63,953 nt of DNA, filler included, from Thelocarpon superellum (GCA_026025795.1; 3 parts of 3 records of this genome joined end to end with filler, not necessarily neighbours in it); one strand, 5' to 3'; shown: positions 12,802-24,963, numbered from the whole stretch's first letter. Numbers and translations: made by a program. Notes: generated from the letters alone by a model not told the origin.

Positions 12802-15800
12802 ATGCCCGAGCGGCGTTCCTCCACGTCGCGCATCCGGGACTTCATCAAGTCCGGCAGCATCAGGAGGCGCCCCGGCAGCAAAGAAGAGAAGGATGGCTCA
12901 GACAAGAGAACATCTTGGGTACGTTGCACGCGACTCGTTCCTGCATGAGCACGAGCACGAGCACACGAGACTGATCCTCCATCCGCACCTGTCTACAGAC
13001 CCTTCCGCCGGATGGAACCCAGGCCGTCAATGGAGAATTCAAGGCCGAACTGGACGGTGGCCTAGACGCTCAGCGCGGCTTTGTCGTGGCCGGGGACAGC
13101 GTGAGCAATGTCTCGTCGAATCGCTCGGGCGGCGGCGAGGCGCACGGGGCCGAGGATATCCAAGGCTTGCTTTCGACCATTGATACCACGGTTGACATCA
13201 TTCGCGGCCTCCACGAACGTGCCATCGCAGACTTTGACGTCAGCAGCAATGACGCCACCTTCTCCGAGCTCCATTGGTACGGCGGCCGGACCTCGAAGCT
13301 GTTCACCCAGGTGGCCCATCAGATCACCAACCCGGTGCTGATGGCCAAGGTGACGACGGAGGTCACGGCCCAGGCCAAAGCCGCGCTCCGCATGTACCAG
13401 AACGTCCTGGCCGACTTTCTCGGGTCGGTCCGCCTCCAGATGGAGCAGAGGTATCGCATCCTTCGTCCCGAAGCCACAGATGCAGAGGTCGACTTGGCGC
13501 TGCGGGACGTGTCCAGCCGCAACTATTCCGTTTCGGTAGGTCCACCTCATGCGTCGTGGGTGGCGGATGACTGATTACCGTTAGATTCTGCGTGTGGACG
13601 AGCGAGAAGAGATTCAGCCACTCATTCGCGCCGTCGAGAAGCGGTCCCGCGCCGTCAATGTCACCGAGCAGACGCTGCGTGAGCTCGAACAGGTCCACGA
13701 CGACATTGTCAGCGCCGAAGCCGGCCTTACCCACTCCTTTGGCCTCGACGGCCTTATCCGCGAGTTCAACGCGTCCGAGTGCATCATCGCGCCGCTCGGC
13801 GACATGATCCTGGTGTTTGAGGGCAGCCCACGCGCCGTCTTCCAAGTATCGTCGCAAGCTCTAAGCGCCGTCTCGCCCTTGTTCAGCTACGCGTTGAATC
13901 CCTACCAGCAGGCCGATCGCTTCCACCGAGGACCGCCGCCGCCCGACCTCCTGCCCGAGCTTCCCACGGCCCCGCCCGAGAAGACCAACCAGCAGCTGCC
14001 GCCTTTCCTCCGCATGCCACAGGTTGAGATGAATGAGCACGGCGCGCTTGGCACCCTCTTCTACGCCGCCCACGCCCGCCACGACAAAGTGCCGCGGAGC
14101 GTCACTTTTCGGGAGTTTGTGGCGATCGCCGCCGTCTGCCATCGATATCGCTGCACGGCGCCGGTGGAGATCTTCGTGGAGTGCTTCTGGCTCCCGCAAT
14201 GGCAGGAACATCTGGGCCGGAAGGGGTATGAAGATTTTCTGTTCATCAGCTACGTCTTTGGCCTGGACAAGATCTTTGAGCTCACGTCCAAGAGCTTCAT
14301 CCTCCACTCGCGGGCCGAGAAGGGCCCGTTTGAGGAGCACAACCTTCCGTCGCACGTATGGCACCGGCTGAACCAAGCCAAGGCCTTGCAGTTTGGCAAG
14401 ATCTTGGAACGGTGTAACGCCACACTGAGCGCCTATCTTCCCGTCTACAATGGCAGTCCGGCCACGAAACGATACAGCGCGCAGAGCGAAACCGGCATGT
14501 CGGAGCGGCGAAAGTCCTTCCAGCTTGCGCGCGCCACCAAGTGCCCGATGGGCAACCACAGCTGCGACGCCATGAACCTCGGCTGGCTGATGTTGATGTT
14601 GAATGAGGTGGGAGTGCCGCACAAGTACTCGCATCTCTCGGTGCGACCCGAGGTGAATTGGATATACTGGCAGGGACACAACCTGGAGGAGATCTTTGCC
14701 AAGCTGTGCGGAGCTCCCAGCGCGCCCAGCGTCGTTCATGACGGGTGTGACTTTGCGGCGGAGTTCCGCAACGCCATGTGCGACATTTACAACGGAATTC
14801 GGCCGCTGAACGTCCGGGAGGTCAACGAGCGCTTCGCGAGCCGATATGCCTCGGCCTTGAACCACGTGGGCGGGCCGGCGGCCGATGAGCCAGCGCGTCA
14901 ACATCATGTGGAGCTTGCGCGGCTCAGCAACGGCACGCTGGGAGAGAGCTCCGCGTCGTCTGACACGGGTCTCGCCATGTCATCCAGCACCTACCAAGCC
15001 TACTCCCGACGCACGCTCCCCTCCACCCTCCCATCCGAGCAATCCTCCCCTCCACCCGTCTTGGCGTCCGTGCGCCAACCACTCGATATGGAGCGTCGGT
15101 CAATTGTCTCGGCCGAGGTGGACACGTGGACGGACCGATGCGCTAGTCCCGCACCCACCATGGCCAGCACGATCAATGTATCTGCAGGGCCCACGCTCGC
15201 CCAGCTCGCCATCCGCAACTCGGCCGCCCACCACGACGAGTCACGCACACCGGACGCATCCGCCCCGGCCCCGGCCCCGGATCCGGCGCCGACGCACGAT
15301 CTGCGCGAGGCGGACAAGATCTTCTGGAAGCAGCACGCGCACAAGGAACGCATCACCATTGCCGACAAGGAACTAATCATCTCGCGGAAACATATCCTCC
15401 GCATTGGCGAGGAACGCGGCCTTCCCCCCTTGAGACCAGAGGCGCCTAACCCTTCCCCTGCCACTTCACCTTCATCCGCCGTCGTGACTACTGCACCGCT
15501 GGACTCGGTGTATGTACCACGAGGACAAGCAGAGAGAGACGAAGAGGGGAGAGCAGGAGGAAGAATATCAGACGGGGCTGCAGGAGAGGCCACAGCGGAA
15601 GGGAGAGCAGAGGAGGGAAGAACAGGAGGGTCCTCAGCAGAGGTATCTCCCGACATAGCGCCCTGCGAGGCACCGGCCTTGACGTCGGCGTCGGTATCGG
15701 CTTCGGCATCGACCTCGGCATCACAGGCGCCGTCTCCGATACAATCCCCAGCGGCCGAACATACCCTCTCGAGCTCGAGCGAACCCACTCTACCGCGTCC

Positions 15801-15876
15801 ACCGCCGCTGATCCAGCTTGACGAACCCACCCTGACGGCCTTGGAAGGCGGCGCGGCGAGTGTGGATGCGGGATGA
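12802..15876 (+). CDS. Syntaxin-like N-terminal region fused to a fungal BTB/POZ-type domain with a long low-complexity tail, 3 exons
   Basis: ATG 12802; introns 12919-12998 and 13536-13584 keep the frame. MEQRYRILRPEATDAEVDLAL resembles Sso1/2 syntaxins; IIAPLGDMILVF..FQVSSQALSAVSPLF..ALGTLFYAAH..KVPRSVTFREFVAIAAVCHRYRC is a fungal BTB signature. Confidence 0.75.
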
Positions 15877-16345
15877 TGAGGGTTTGCTTGGTGCTGGCCT
15901 GACGTACTCCATCACCCGCCCGAGCAATCACTCGCTCGCTCGTCGTTGGAGATGATGCGCACACCATCTGTACATGCAGATCATGACGCGCCTACCCGCG
16001 CTCCTACGGCATACGCCCTACACCAGGGACCATCACAGCGCCCAGCTCCGTCGAGCCATGACGGAACGGTGTGTACATGGGAAAAGGAACAAGAGAAACA
16101 CGATAACCATCATATGCACGCTTCATATACACGCACACACATATATTGACACGCAGGCGTAGGGTTGGGGTAAAGATAGAATACAGGGAGCACATATATG
16201 TTCTGTAAATACATTCAAAGGATCTAATTTAACCCTTGATGTTGGTTCACTGCAACCCACCAATATCAGACTATTCCACGTCGCTCCCGTACCCCTTTGC
16301 AACCGGTAGACTGCAGCATGCGGTAGCGAATCCCAGGCAGTGAAG

Positions 16346-17800
16346 CTAGGAAGCAAAGCTGGGAAGCAAAGCCTGCGTAAACTGCCACAGCAGAGCAGAA
16401 TTGTGAGTGTGAAACGCGGCGCCGGTGTAGAAAGTGCTGCGGTGGCCCTGGAGTGCATACAGCTGCTTGTAGAAACCCCCTGCTATGGCGGCGGCTGGTA
16501 CCGTGAGCTCAAAGGGCGTGTGGGATTCGAAGACGGCCAGGGATGGGTTTGCCGCCGGGTAGTACGTGCTGTTCGAGCTGGAGCTGGAGGTGTGGGTGTG
16601 GGCGTGGGCGTGGGCGTGGGTGTGCAGGGCGCGGAAGCTGTCAAAGATGATGTCGCGTGCCCCTTGGATCCCGATCGCGGTCGCCGCTCCGACTTTCACG
16701 TTGAATAGACCCGGTACTCCACTCGGCGCGACCGAGTAGATCCCTGGTAGGACTGGGATGTTGTATTGCGTGTTGAGGTCGATGTTTTGAAGGGTCACTT
16801 GGTCAGGGAGGTTGGTGTTCGCGAGCACGCCGGTGTAGTACGCGCTGTTCCCGAATTGGGCGAACAGGGAGTGCTCGGAATGGTCGAGGTCGAAGCCGGC
16901 GAGGTTGCGCAGTTTCGGAGGGATGGAGAGCACCATCTTGCCCGCGAGGATGAGCTTCGGGCCGGCAGGAGTGGCGACGACGACTTTCACGCCGGAGTCG
17001 CCTCTCTCTGTCGCGAGCACTTTGCTGCTGAGAAGTGCGTCGGGGCCGAGTTCAGCGCGTGCTTTTTCGTAGAGCTCGCTGTTGTCGTGGTGCGCCGTTG
17101 TGAGGAATCCAGTCTGGAGGTCCTCCAGCAGGCTGAGCCCAAAGTTCTTCAAGACGTAGATGGTCGGCTGCGCGAGCAGGTCGCCCAGCCCTTGGGCAAA
17201 GGAGAAGATAAACTGCACTGCGCATTGCAGGTTGTATTTCTTGACAAAGTCGCCAAAGGCGAGGAGGAGGTCGTCGGGCACAGGATATGGCAGGTCGAAG
17301 CCGGCCTCGAGGTAGGGGTATTTGGCGGCTTGTGCCCCGTAGGCGGCCAGCGCGGCCGAGGGGTCAGTGGGTGTGAAGTTGCTCGCGACCTCGCCGGTGC
17401 GGAAGTTCACATACTCCGTCACGGCGCCGGGCGAGCTGAAGGACGCGGTGGTGAGAGGGATGTTGAAACGCGCAAAGTAGTTCTTGACGATGTCGAGGTT
17501 CTCAAACACAACGACCCCGATGTCGATCGGGTCCTGCGTTTTGGGATCGATGTATGTCTGTGTGGCGCCGCCTAGTCGATTCTCTTTTTCCACCACCACG
17601 ACGCTCTTGTTCAGGTCTCGGAGCCCAATGGCAGAGTAGGTCCCTGTAGACCCACCGCCGATGATGACCACGTCGCGTTGGATGATCTCGTGCGCCGCCC
17701 AGGACCGAGGGTCAAAGTTGGTAGACGGCACTGCTCGCACGATGGACACAATCGTCCACCCTGCCAGGATCCTCATCCACGAAGAATACGCCCACATCAT
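16346..17800 (-). CDS. Secreted FAD-dependent oxidoreductase (flavin amine-oxidase superfamily, CpaO-like)
   Basis: Intronless 484-aa ORF with a signal-peptide-like N-terminus, Rossmann motif DVVIIGGGSTGTYSA..VVVVEKENRLGG and C-terminal LYALQGHRSTFYTGAAFHTHNSALLW. Confidence 0.85.
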   Translation of the reverse strand: MMWAYSSWMRILAGWTIVSIVRAVPSTNFDPRSWAAHEIIQRDVVIIGGGSTGTYSAIGLRDLNKSVVVVEKENRLGGATQTYIDPKTQDPIDIGVVVFENLDIVKNYFARFNIPLTTASFSSPGAVTEYVNFRTGEVASNFTPTDPSAALAAYGAQAAKYPYLEAGFDLPYPVPDDLLLAFGDFVKKYNLQCAVQFIFSFAQGLGDLLAQPTIYVLKNFGLSLLEDLQTGFLTTAHHDNSELYEKARAELGPDALLSSKVLATERGDSGVKVVVATPAGPKLILAGKMVLSIPPKLRNLAGFDLDHSEHSLFAQFGNSAYYTGVLANTNLPDQVTLQNIDLNTQYNIPVLPGIYSVAPSGVPGLFNVKVGAATAIGIQGARDIIFDSFRALHTHAHAHAHTHTSSSSSNSTYYPAANPSLAVFESHTPFELTVPAAAIAGGFYKQLYALQGHRSTFYTGAAFHTHNSALLWQFTQALLPSFAS

Positions 17801-19216
17801 GATGCTCGGCTGTAGTGGTTGGCCGTTGAATGAAGCAGCTGCAGCAATGAGTCTTGAGCGTGTGCAAATGTCCCGCCTGCGTCAGCGTGCGTGATGAAGA
17901 AGATATGGGAAGATGAAAATGAAGCAGAGAAGCTGTAAGGACGGTAGTCGAGCAGGGAATCGTTATCTGACCATCGGGCCTACTTCCGCCCGTGTAGTAC
18001 AAAAGACAGACCAACGACGACGAGTGGGCTCGCAACGACGGTCTACTCGGACTCGTACATCGTAATGCAAGCATCGTGTCTATCCTGGGTAACGTCAAAG
18101 GGACGCAAGTCAGGCGTGTCTCAACGGGACCAGTCCAGATCATTTCCTCGTCGAGCTCATAGGTCAATGTGATTTCGTGGCTTGGACAACCTCTCGGTCC
18201 CGAAAGTGGGATTATTCGGATCCTCGATGCTCTCCAACCGTACGATTTCGGGCATTCGCAGAGAGAATGGTATCCAATGGGCGGGAATGGACGGAGCCAT
18301 CACGCCAGCCTTCAAAAGCCCCTGGGCAAGCCCGCGAGCCCGAAAGCGGGGATTCGTCGGCTTGGCACATCAGTCACGGTGGCGTCCCGCGGCGGTCAGC
18401 GGGATCATGGTAGATGAGGACAGACGGCAGGGCTCCTTTCCGATGTCCCCCTGCGCGTCGTTGCCAACGACCAAATCGCTCCGACACATGGCCGTTGTAC
18501 GAGTACGAGGCCTGTTGGGCTTGGGCAACGTGCAGATGGTGGCTCTCGACCAATCCTCGACGTGGCTGGCTGAGCCTCCGTTCTCCGAGGCCGCCTTCCC
18601 TTAGGCTCTCCCGCTTAGCTTGCGTGGGCTTACGGTTGTTTCGGGTAGTGGAACGCCACTACGAGGGCCTGTATCCCGCCCATATGCCCGTAACATATCC
18701 GAGAAAGCGCGCTGCCCGCTCTGTCAGACATATTACGGGCAGATGGCTCCTGACGAGATCCTCGCGAGATTCTCTCCCCCTACAAGTGTGTCCCTCGACC
18801 ACGAGGATCGTCAGCTAACGGTGGGGTCCAGGTGCGTGGATGACAGCATCGTGTAACCTCAGGTGCAGCATCCTTCCAAGAGGCGGTCTAAGATTTGGCC
18901 GTTCTCGGTCTTCTTCCTCCCCGGGCATGAAGTCCGAGTGCCTTCGATGCGAGGCCCGGAACATCCCGGTCTAGGTCGAACACCGGACCAAAGTCTGGCC
19001 AGCTTCAAGGTCATCTCATACATGGACATATTCACGACTGCCAGGCTTGCTAGGATAATGACTAAGAGGACGAAGTGTCTTCTCGTATTGTGTTCATCAC
19101 ATCACGAGACAGATTACCAGGACATGGGTCATCTCTTCTGCTATCATCGCTCCAAGCACTCTAGCTGATGATATACGGCACCATTCTCCTCCATCTCTCC
19201 TCCTCCCCATATCCAG

Positions 19217-20866
19217 TTATCGTTTGTCCGGAGGATAGTACTCTGCGATCCCAGATTTCGTCCGGGCCGGTGCCGCTCGTGACCCCTCAATGGATTCGCC
19301 CACACTTGGACCGGAATAGCTCGGTGGCGGGCCGCCATTGCCAAATCCGATCGGGCCCTGGTCCGACGTCGTTCCCGTTTGAGCTGGGAGTGGATCCTTT
19401 TCGTCCGACGAGTCGCCAAAGGTCTGTGGTACAACAACGCCACCATCGCCACCACCCACGATGAGATCCCCCCCGCCCTTCACCCGTCCCACCACCATCC
19501 CTCGGGCGACTGACTTGACGATGGCCTTCCGAGACACGCCCATGGCATCAATGTACACCAGTCCGACGTTCTTGACCCCGCCCGCCAGATGCCGCGTCAT
19601 CGTCCCGGCGTCGTCGCCGAACTTATGCGACACCACCGTCGTCGCCGCAGTGGAGCCCGAGTTCAGCAGGGCCCGACTGGCGTGGTCGATGCCATCGGTG
19701 ACGGTGGAAAAGGCAATCATGGATTTGTTCAGAATGCCAGGCTTGTTCGCCGAGGCTAATGGCTTTCCGTCGGGATCGACCCCGCTATAGAAGCCGCGCC
19801 GCGTCAGGCTCGCGCCAAAATTCTGCGCGTACCTGTTGACCTGCCCGACCGCCTTGGCGGAGAGGCCAGCCGCGCCTTGCGTCAGGCTGTTCAGCTTACG
19901 CACGCGCTCGTGCGTTGTCGGAGTGAAGGTGAGTGGCGTCTGCCGGGGCTTGACCTTCTGCGTGAAGGTGTCCGCGCCTGATTGTAGCATCGCCGAGATG
20001 TGGCTCGAGGTTGTCACGATCAGGCGAGAGGCCATGGCGGCATGGGCGACCAGCGCCGAGTCCTTGTACGCCGGATGCAGCGTGTCTTCTAGGTAATCTG
20101 GCGGCGCATTCGAGACGTCTATTTGATGTGACGTCTCGTCCTGCGGCAGCTGGATCTGGACCGGCTCTGCGGCGCGTCAGAATGACCAGGGTCTTGCGTG
20201 GGTATTATACGTACGCTTCGACCCCGCCTTGAGATCGGCATCTTCCACCACGCTGAACGCATCGCTCAGCTCGCCCACGACGCTGCCATTCTCCTCGTCT
20301 ACCAGCACAATGTGGCCGTGAACCGGCGGCGGCTCCTCACTCTTGATGTACCCTTCTCCGGGACCGTAGTCTTGCGGGTTGTAGGGCACGTGTCCCTTTC
20401 CGGACTTGTGCTTGGGGCCGGTGGAGGGCGCGGCGGCACGTTCAAGGAAGGAGGTGCATTGGGCCAAGATGGTCTCGAAGGTGTCGACGTCTTCTTGTCG
20501 CACCTTATCAGGGCCGCCGCCGATGCTGGGAAATTGGATGCGGGTGAAGGCGCCGCTGTCTGGCCCCAGGTCCCATCGTGGGATCAGATAGCTATGTGGC
20601 GGTTGGTGGTAGATCTGCGTCGTGGCGGGCAGCGGGAGGTCGAGTTCTGGGGGAAGGTGGAGATGGAGGTAGAAGTCGTCGTCCGATGAGTCGCGCTGCG
20701 GCTCCGACGTGGAGAGTCCGGCGAAGGGCGAGCTTGTCGGCACCATCAAGAGCGACATGGTTTGTGGGCCGCCGGGGGTCAAAGGACTTTCCCGCCCATT
20801 GTGGATGTGGAAGGCCCGGATGTTGGGGATGGAGTAGAGAAGCCGCGGATCATTCTGGCCCGCCAT
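19217..20866 (-). CDS. Senescence/spartin-associated domain protein, 2 exons
   Basis: MAGQNDPRLLY start (an upstream in-frame GTG/TTG start is possible). Intron 20214-20167 joins the 246-aa and 272-aa ORFs. Senescence-domain features: LNKSMIAFSTVTDGID..ATTVVSHKFGDDAG..KNVGLVYIDAMGVSRKAIVKSVARG. Confidence 0.82.
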
Positions 20867-21752
20867 ATTCGCAAGCACACCGCCGATGGACGTTGACAAT
20901 TGTACACTGGACGACAATACTTCCTCAACGGACGCTGGAGCTCAGGAGAAGAAGAAGGGAGATGGAGGAAGCTCCCCGGGTCGTCATGACGCTGGAAGCG
21001 CTATCGCGATCACCCGAAGCGCCGTCATCATCTTGGTATGCTGGGCCCGCTGCCTGTCGTGCCTTGGCTTGGCGGGGGCGCCACCGTCATTGGCCCTCTA
21101 ACAATAGTAAGATTTCCAGGGTTCATGGGCCGCTCTCTTGGCACCCAGGTTCTTCCATTGACCGGGCATGGACCGGAGGGAGGTGGGGAGGACATACCGT
21201 GTGTAGGGGTATGTCCATCTACGACCCGTGTTCCATCACTGCAGATATGAGTTTCGTGAGTTCGGATGGCCAACTCGCAAACGCCGCATCGGTGCCTTTT
21301 CCCATGCGACCGGGGCGGGCGCCTACGCGAAGCCTCTCGCTGGCGATGATGTCACCCCAGCAGACCGGGCTCTTCTCGGTCATTGCGCACGTGTGCATTA
21401 GACTATAGATGGTGCTTTACGACGAAGGAGACTAAGTTGATGGGGCTTGGGTTCTCGACTGTGTGCACCGTAGCACGCTTCGCCTTTCGTCCGGCGAGCA
21501 TGGCGGACAAAAGCCGAGGCTGAGATCTAGATCAATTTGGTGTGGTCATCGGCGGGGCGACGATGCTCCGGCAGTAGCCGGGATGGCAATGTTACAGTTG
21601 GGCCTAAGCCCGGAATCGTGCAAGAGCATCGGAGAATGTAGGCTGCATTATTCGCACTAAGCATCAGATCATCCCTCCTCATATCATTCGATCGGAGGCA
21701 GAGTACGTCTTGTCTGTCCTCCATTCTTTCACTCTTCTCATCGCATCTCACA

Positions 21753-23213
21753 ATGGCTTGCGTGATCAAGTCATTGAGACCTGCGCTCAGCCGCAGTCTT
21801 CGCCCCGCCCTTCGGACCCCTCGGCCCCTGTCGTATCGGATAGCGCAGCAGTAAGTCGAAGTGGCGAAACACGACCTCAGGCGCGGCTTACTCGTGCTTA
21901 GTGCCCGGCCATTGTCAAGTACGGCGCGGCGGCGAGAGGCGCTCGACATCTCCGACGTGCCTCCGACGCCCATCTCCCACCTCTCCGAGACGGAGTCGAT
22001 GATGGCCGAGTCCGTGTCGAAGTTTGCCCAGGAGAACGTGGCGCCCAAGGTGCGGGAGATGGACGAGTCGGAGAAGATGGACCCCGCCATCGTCGAGTCA
22101 GCTTTCGAGCAGGGCTTGATGGGCATCGAAATCCCTGAAGAATACGGTGGGGCGGGGATGAACTTTACCGCCGCCATCGTCGGCATCGAGGAGCTGGCGC
22201 GAGTGGATCCCAGCGTCAGCGTCATGGTGGACGTGCATAACACCCTAGTCAACACCGCCATTCTTCAATACGGGACGGCGGAGTCGAAGAAGAAATGGCT
22301 GCCCAGGTTGGCGACCAACACCGTCGGTAAGTGTCCACCTAGGTGGCATGTCGGCCTCGTCCTGACCCGCTAGGCTCCTTCTGCTTGTCCGAGCCAGCCT
22401 CAGGTTCGGATGCGTTTGCGCTGAAGACCAAGGTAGTCAAGTCTTCCTCGGGCTACAAGATCACCGGGTCCAAGATGTGGATCACCAACGCGATGGAGGC
22501 CAACTTCTTCATCGTCTTTGCCAACCTCGATCCAAGCAAGGGCTACAAGGGCATCACGGCGCTGATTGTCGAGAAAGGCACCAAGGGATTCTCGATCGCC
22601 AAGAAGGAGAAGAAGCTGGGCATCCGCGCGAGCAGCACCTGCGTGCTGAATTTTGACGACATGGAGGTGCCGCTGGATAACCTGCTGGGAGAAGAAGGGC
22701 ACGGATACAAATACGCCATCGGACTTCTCAACGAGGGGCGAATCGGCATCGCGGCGCAAATGACGGGATTGGCGCTGGGGGCGTGGGAGAACGCAGCCAA
22801 GTAGGGGTCCTCGATCGCATCCACACGCACGCACTGACTGCCGCAGGTACGTGTGGAATGACCGCAAGCAATTCGGGCAACTGGTCGGCGAGTTCCAAGG
22901 CATGCAGCACCAGATGGCGCAAGCATGGACGGAGATCTCGGCCGCGCGGGCGCTCGTCTACAACGCGGCGCGGAAGAAGGAAGCGGGCGAAGATTTTGTC
23001 AGGGATGCGGCTATGGCCAAGCTGTTCGCGTCGCAGGTGGCGAGCAAGGTCAGCGGTCAGGCCATCGAGTGGATGGGAGGCATGGGCTTTGTGCGAGAGG
23101 GCATCGCGGAGAAGATGTGGCGTGATTCCAAGATCGGGGCCATCTACGAGGGCACCAGCAACATCCAGTTGCAGACGATTGCGAAACTGTTGCAGAAGCA
23201 GTATACCACATAG
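21753..23213 (+). CDS. Mitochondrial short/branched-chain acyl-CoA dehydrogenase (ACADSB/ScdA-like), 4 exons
   Basis: Arg-rich presequence [21 protein letters not shown]; introns at ~21851-21901, 22327-22373 and 22801-22846; motifs [46 protein letters not shown]. Confidence 0.93.
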
Positions 23214-23594
23214 CTACTTAGCCAGATAACTATCCTCAACCACAGCGAGCCTCGCAGGCAGCTCAAGGCAGCTCGCAGCTGGTAAAGCTCCAGCGTTCGA
23301 CTCCAACACGACGACGGAGACAGGAAGAGGCCTCTGAACCTCCTGCATCACTGCCTCCTAGCCAATAGACTGCGTCTACTGTTTCCGCCTTGCTGTACGC
23401 TTCGTCGTCACCCTCGCACGATCACCTGCGTGCCACTCGTACAGCCTTGTGGTGCGAATTTGTAGCGCATCTCTTGCGCGACGCTCGGGCATGGAGCAGA
23501 CGGAAGAGGAGGGATCCTCCATGATGAAAACCACTCTTCTGCCAAGAGCGGCGAGTCGATCGGTGTCACTCTGGGTACTTTCCCATTGAGCACC

Positions 23595-24860
23595 TCACCG
23601 TACACCCTCTCCATGAACCTTGTCAATCTCCAAATCGAACTCAGGATGCGACTGCTCTGGCAACAGGTTCGCCAGTTGTGTCCACGTCACGAAACGAACC
23701 GTCCACGAAACGACACGGAAGATGGTGCGAAACAGCCAGACACCCCAACTAGTCTGCGGGTTGAAAAGGTATGGTGCATAGCCGCCAAGTGGTATGCTCT
23801 GGCCATCCTCCACGTATGAGCGCAGTCTCGTCTCGTACCTCTCAAAGGCCGTCGTGTTGCGATTCCGGGACAGTTCTTGAGCCAAGACCCAAGCCCCAAT
23901 GATCGCCAGCTGGTTGCCTTGGCCGGTGAATGGCGTTGGGGCCCAGGCGGCGTCACCAAGGAGCACCACTCGGTTCTGAGACCACTTCGGAAGTTTGACC
24001 TGCGTGAGCTCATCGGAGTAGAAATTCTCAGCTCTCATCATCTGCTCGATGACGCGGGGGGTTTCCCAACCCAGGCCGCTGTACAGCTCAGCGAAGGCTT
24101 CCTTTTGCTTCCTTCGGTCGCCCGCAGCGTTGGCTCGACGGAGGTTGGGAAGGTCGTCGTGAAGATGGATGAGATATACCGATGTCGTCTTCGACCCCAA
24201 TCCTACCGGCCGCATCCAGATCAGTCGCCGGCCGGTGAAATGGCAGAGTCGGGAATAGGGCAAGTCGTGCTCTTCTTCAGGGATGGAGAAGTATGCCACA
24301 TAGGCACCGAGGGGCTTGAGACAATTGAGCTCCTCGGGCGAGCCCAGGACAAGCTGTCTCGTGCGGGATCGTGCTCCGTCCGCACCGACTACCAGGTCAA
24401 ACTCCTCCGTCGTGATGCTTCGGTCGTTTCTGTGTTCTAGGTCGACGGTGACTTTGTCCTGGCTTTGTCGCAGGCTGTGGATTGTCGTCTCGAAGCGGTA
24501 GGTGACATTGGCGAATGCGTCGGCAGACTTGTAGAGGACTTCCGTCAGGTCACCCCGCATGAGCTCGAGCGCACCGGTCGGACTGACGCCACCGGCCTCC
24601 AGAATGCCACATGAACGACCTTGCGCGTCGACAAGGTTGAATCCCAATTCACCGGTCTTCTTCTCGGTGAGCTTGTCAAGGATGCCCATCGACTTCACCA
24701 CCTGCAACGCGGGTTCTTCAATTTCGAGGCCTTGTCCAGCTTTCTGTTCGGCTTTCGATCGCTCGACGACGACCACTTGGAAGTCATGCTTGGCGAGCCA
24801 GAAGGCTAGTACTGAACCTGCGATACCTGCGCCACATATGAGGATTCTTTCCGATGGCAT
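23595..24860 (-). CDS. FAD-dependent monooxygenase/oxidoreductase (FAD_binding_3 family)
   Basis: Intronless 421-aa ORF with ILICGAGIAG, DLVVGADGARSRTR and RVVLLGDAAWAPTPFTGQG fingerprints. Confidence 0.9.
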   Translation of the reverse strand: MPSERILICGAGIAGSVLAFWLAKHDFQVVVVERSKAEQKAGQGLEIEEPALQVVKSMGILDKLTEKKTGELGFNLVDAQGRSCGILEAGGVSPTGALELMRGDLTEVLYKSADAFANVTYRFETTIHSLRQSQDKVTVDLEHRNDRSITTEEFDLVVGADGARSRTRQLVLGSPEELNCLKPLGAYVAYFSIPEEEHDLPYSRLCHFTGRRLIWMRPVGLGSKTTSVYLIHLHDDLPNLRRANAAGDRRKQKEAFAELYSGLGWETPRVIEQMMRAENFYSDELTQVKLPKWSQNRVVLLGDAAWAPTPFTGQGNQLAIIGAWVLAQELSRNRNTTAFERYETRLRSYVEDGQSIPLGGYAPYLFNPQTSWGVWLFRTIFRVVSWTVRFVTWTQLANLLPEQSHPEFDLEIDKVHGEGVR

Positions 24861-24863
24861 CGT

Positions 24864-24963
24864 NNNNNNNNNNNNNNNNNNNNNNNNNNNNNNNNNNNNN
24901 NNNNNNNTTAATTAATTAANNNNNNNNNNNNNNNNNNNNNNNNNNNNNNNNNNNNNNNNNNNN
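24864..24963. other. Artificial contig-joining linker (assembly gap)
   Basis: 44 N + TTAATTAATTAA (stop codons in all six frames) + 44 N, exactly 100 bp, identical to the one at 49522. Confidence 0.97.

Noticed and set aside
23269..23304. tRNA-like A-box (CAGCTGGTAAAGC) and B-box (GTTCGACTCC)
   Set aside because: Only about 5 nt separate them, so there is no anticodon arm or acceptor stem; embedded in a GCAGCTC micro-repeat in a 3' region.
23595..24860. Intronless FAD monooxygenase as a bacterial horizontal transfer
   Set aside because: This family is common in fungi, composition is unremarkable, and no phylogeny can be run here.
16346..24860. Secondary-metabolite cluster suggested by several flavoenzymes
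   Set aside because: No PKS, NRPS, terpene cyclase, DMATS or transporter gene is present; the genes are interspersed with housekeeping functions.
24864..24963. TTAATTAATTAA palindrome inside N runs (also at 49522-49621) as a biological element
   Set aside because: Identical 100-bp construct with six-frame stops at both gaps is an assembly linker; gene adjacency across it should not be interpreted.
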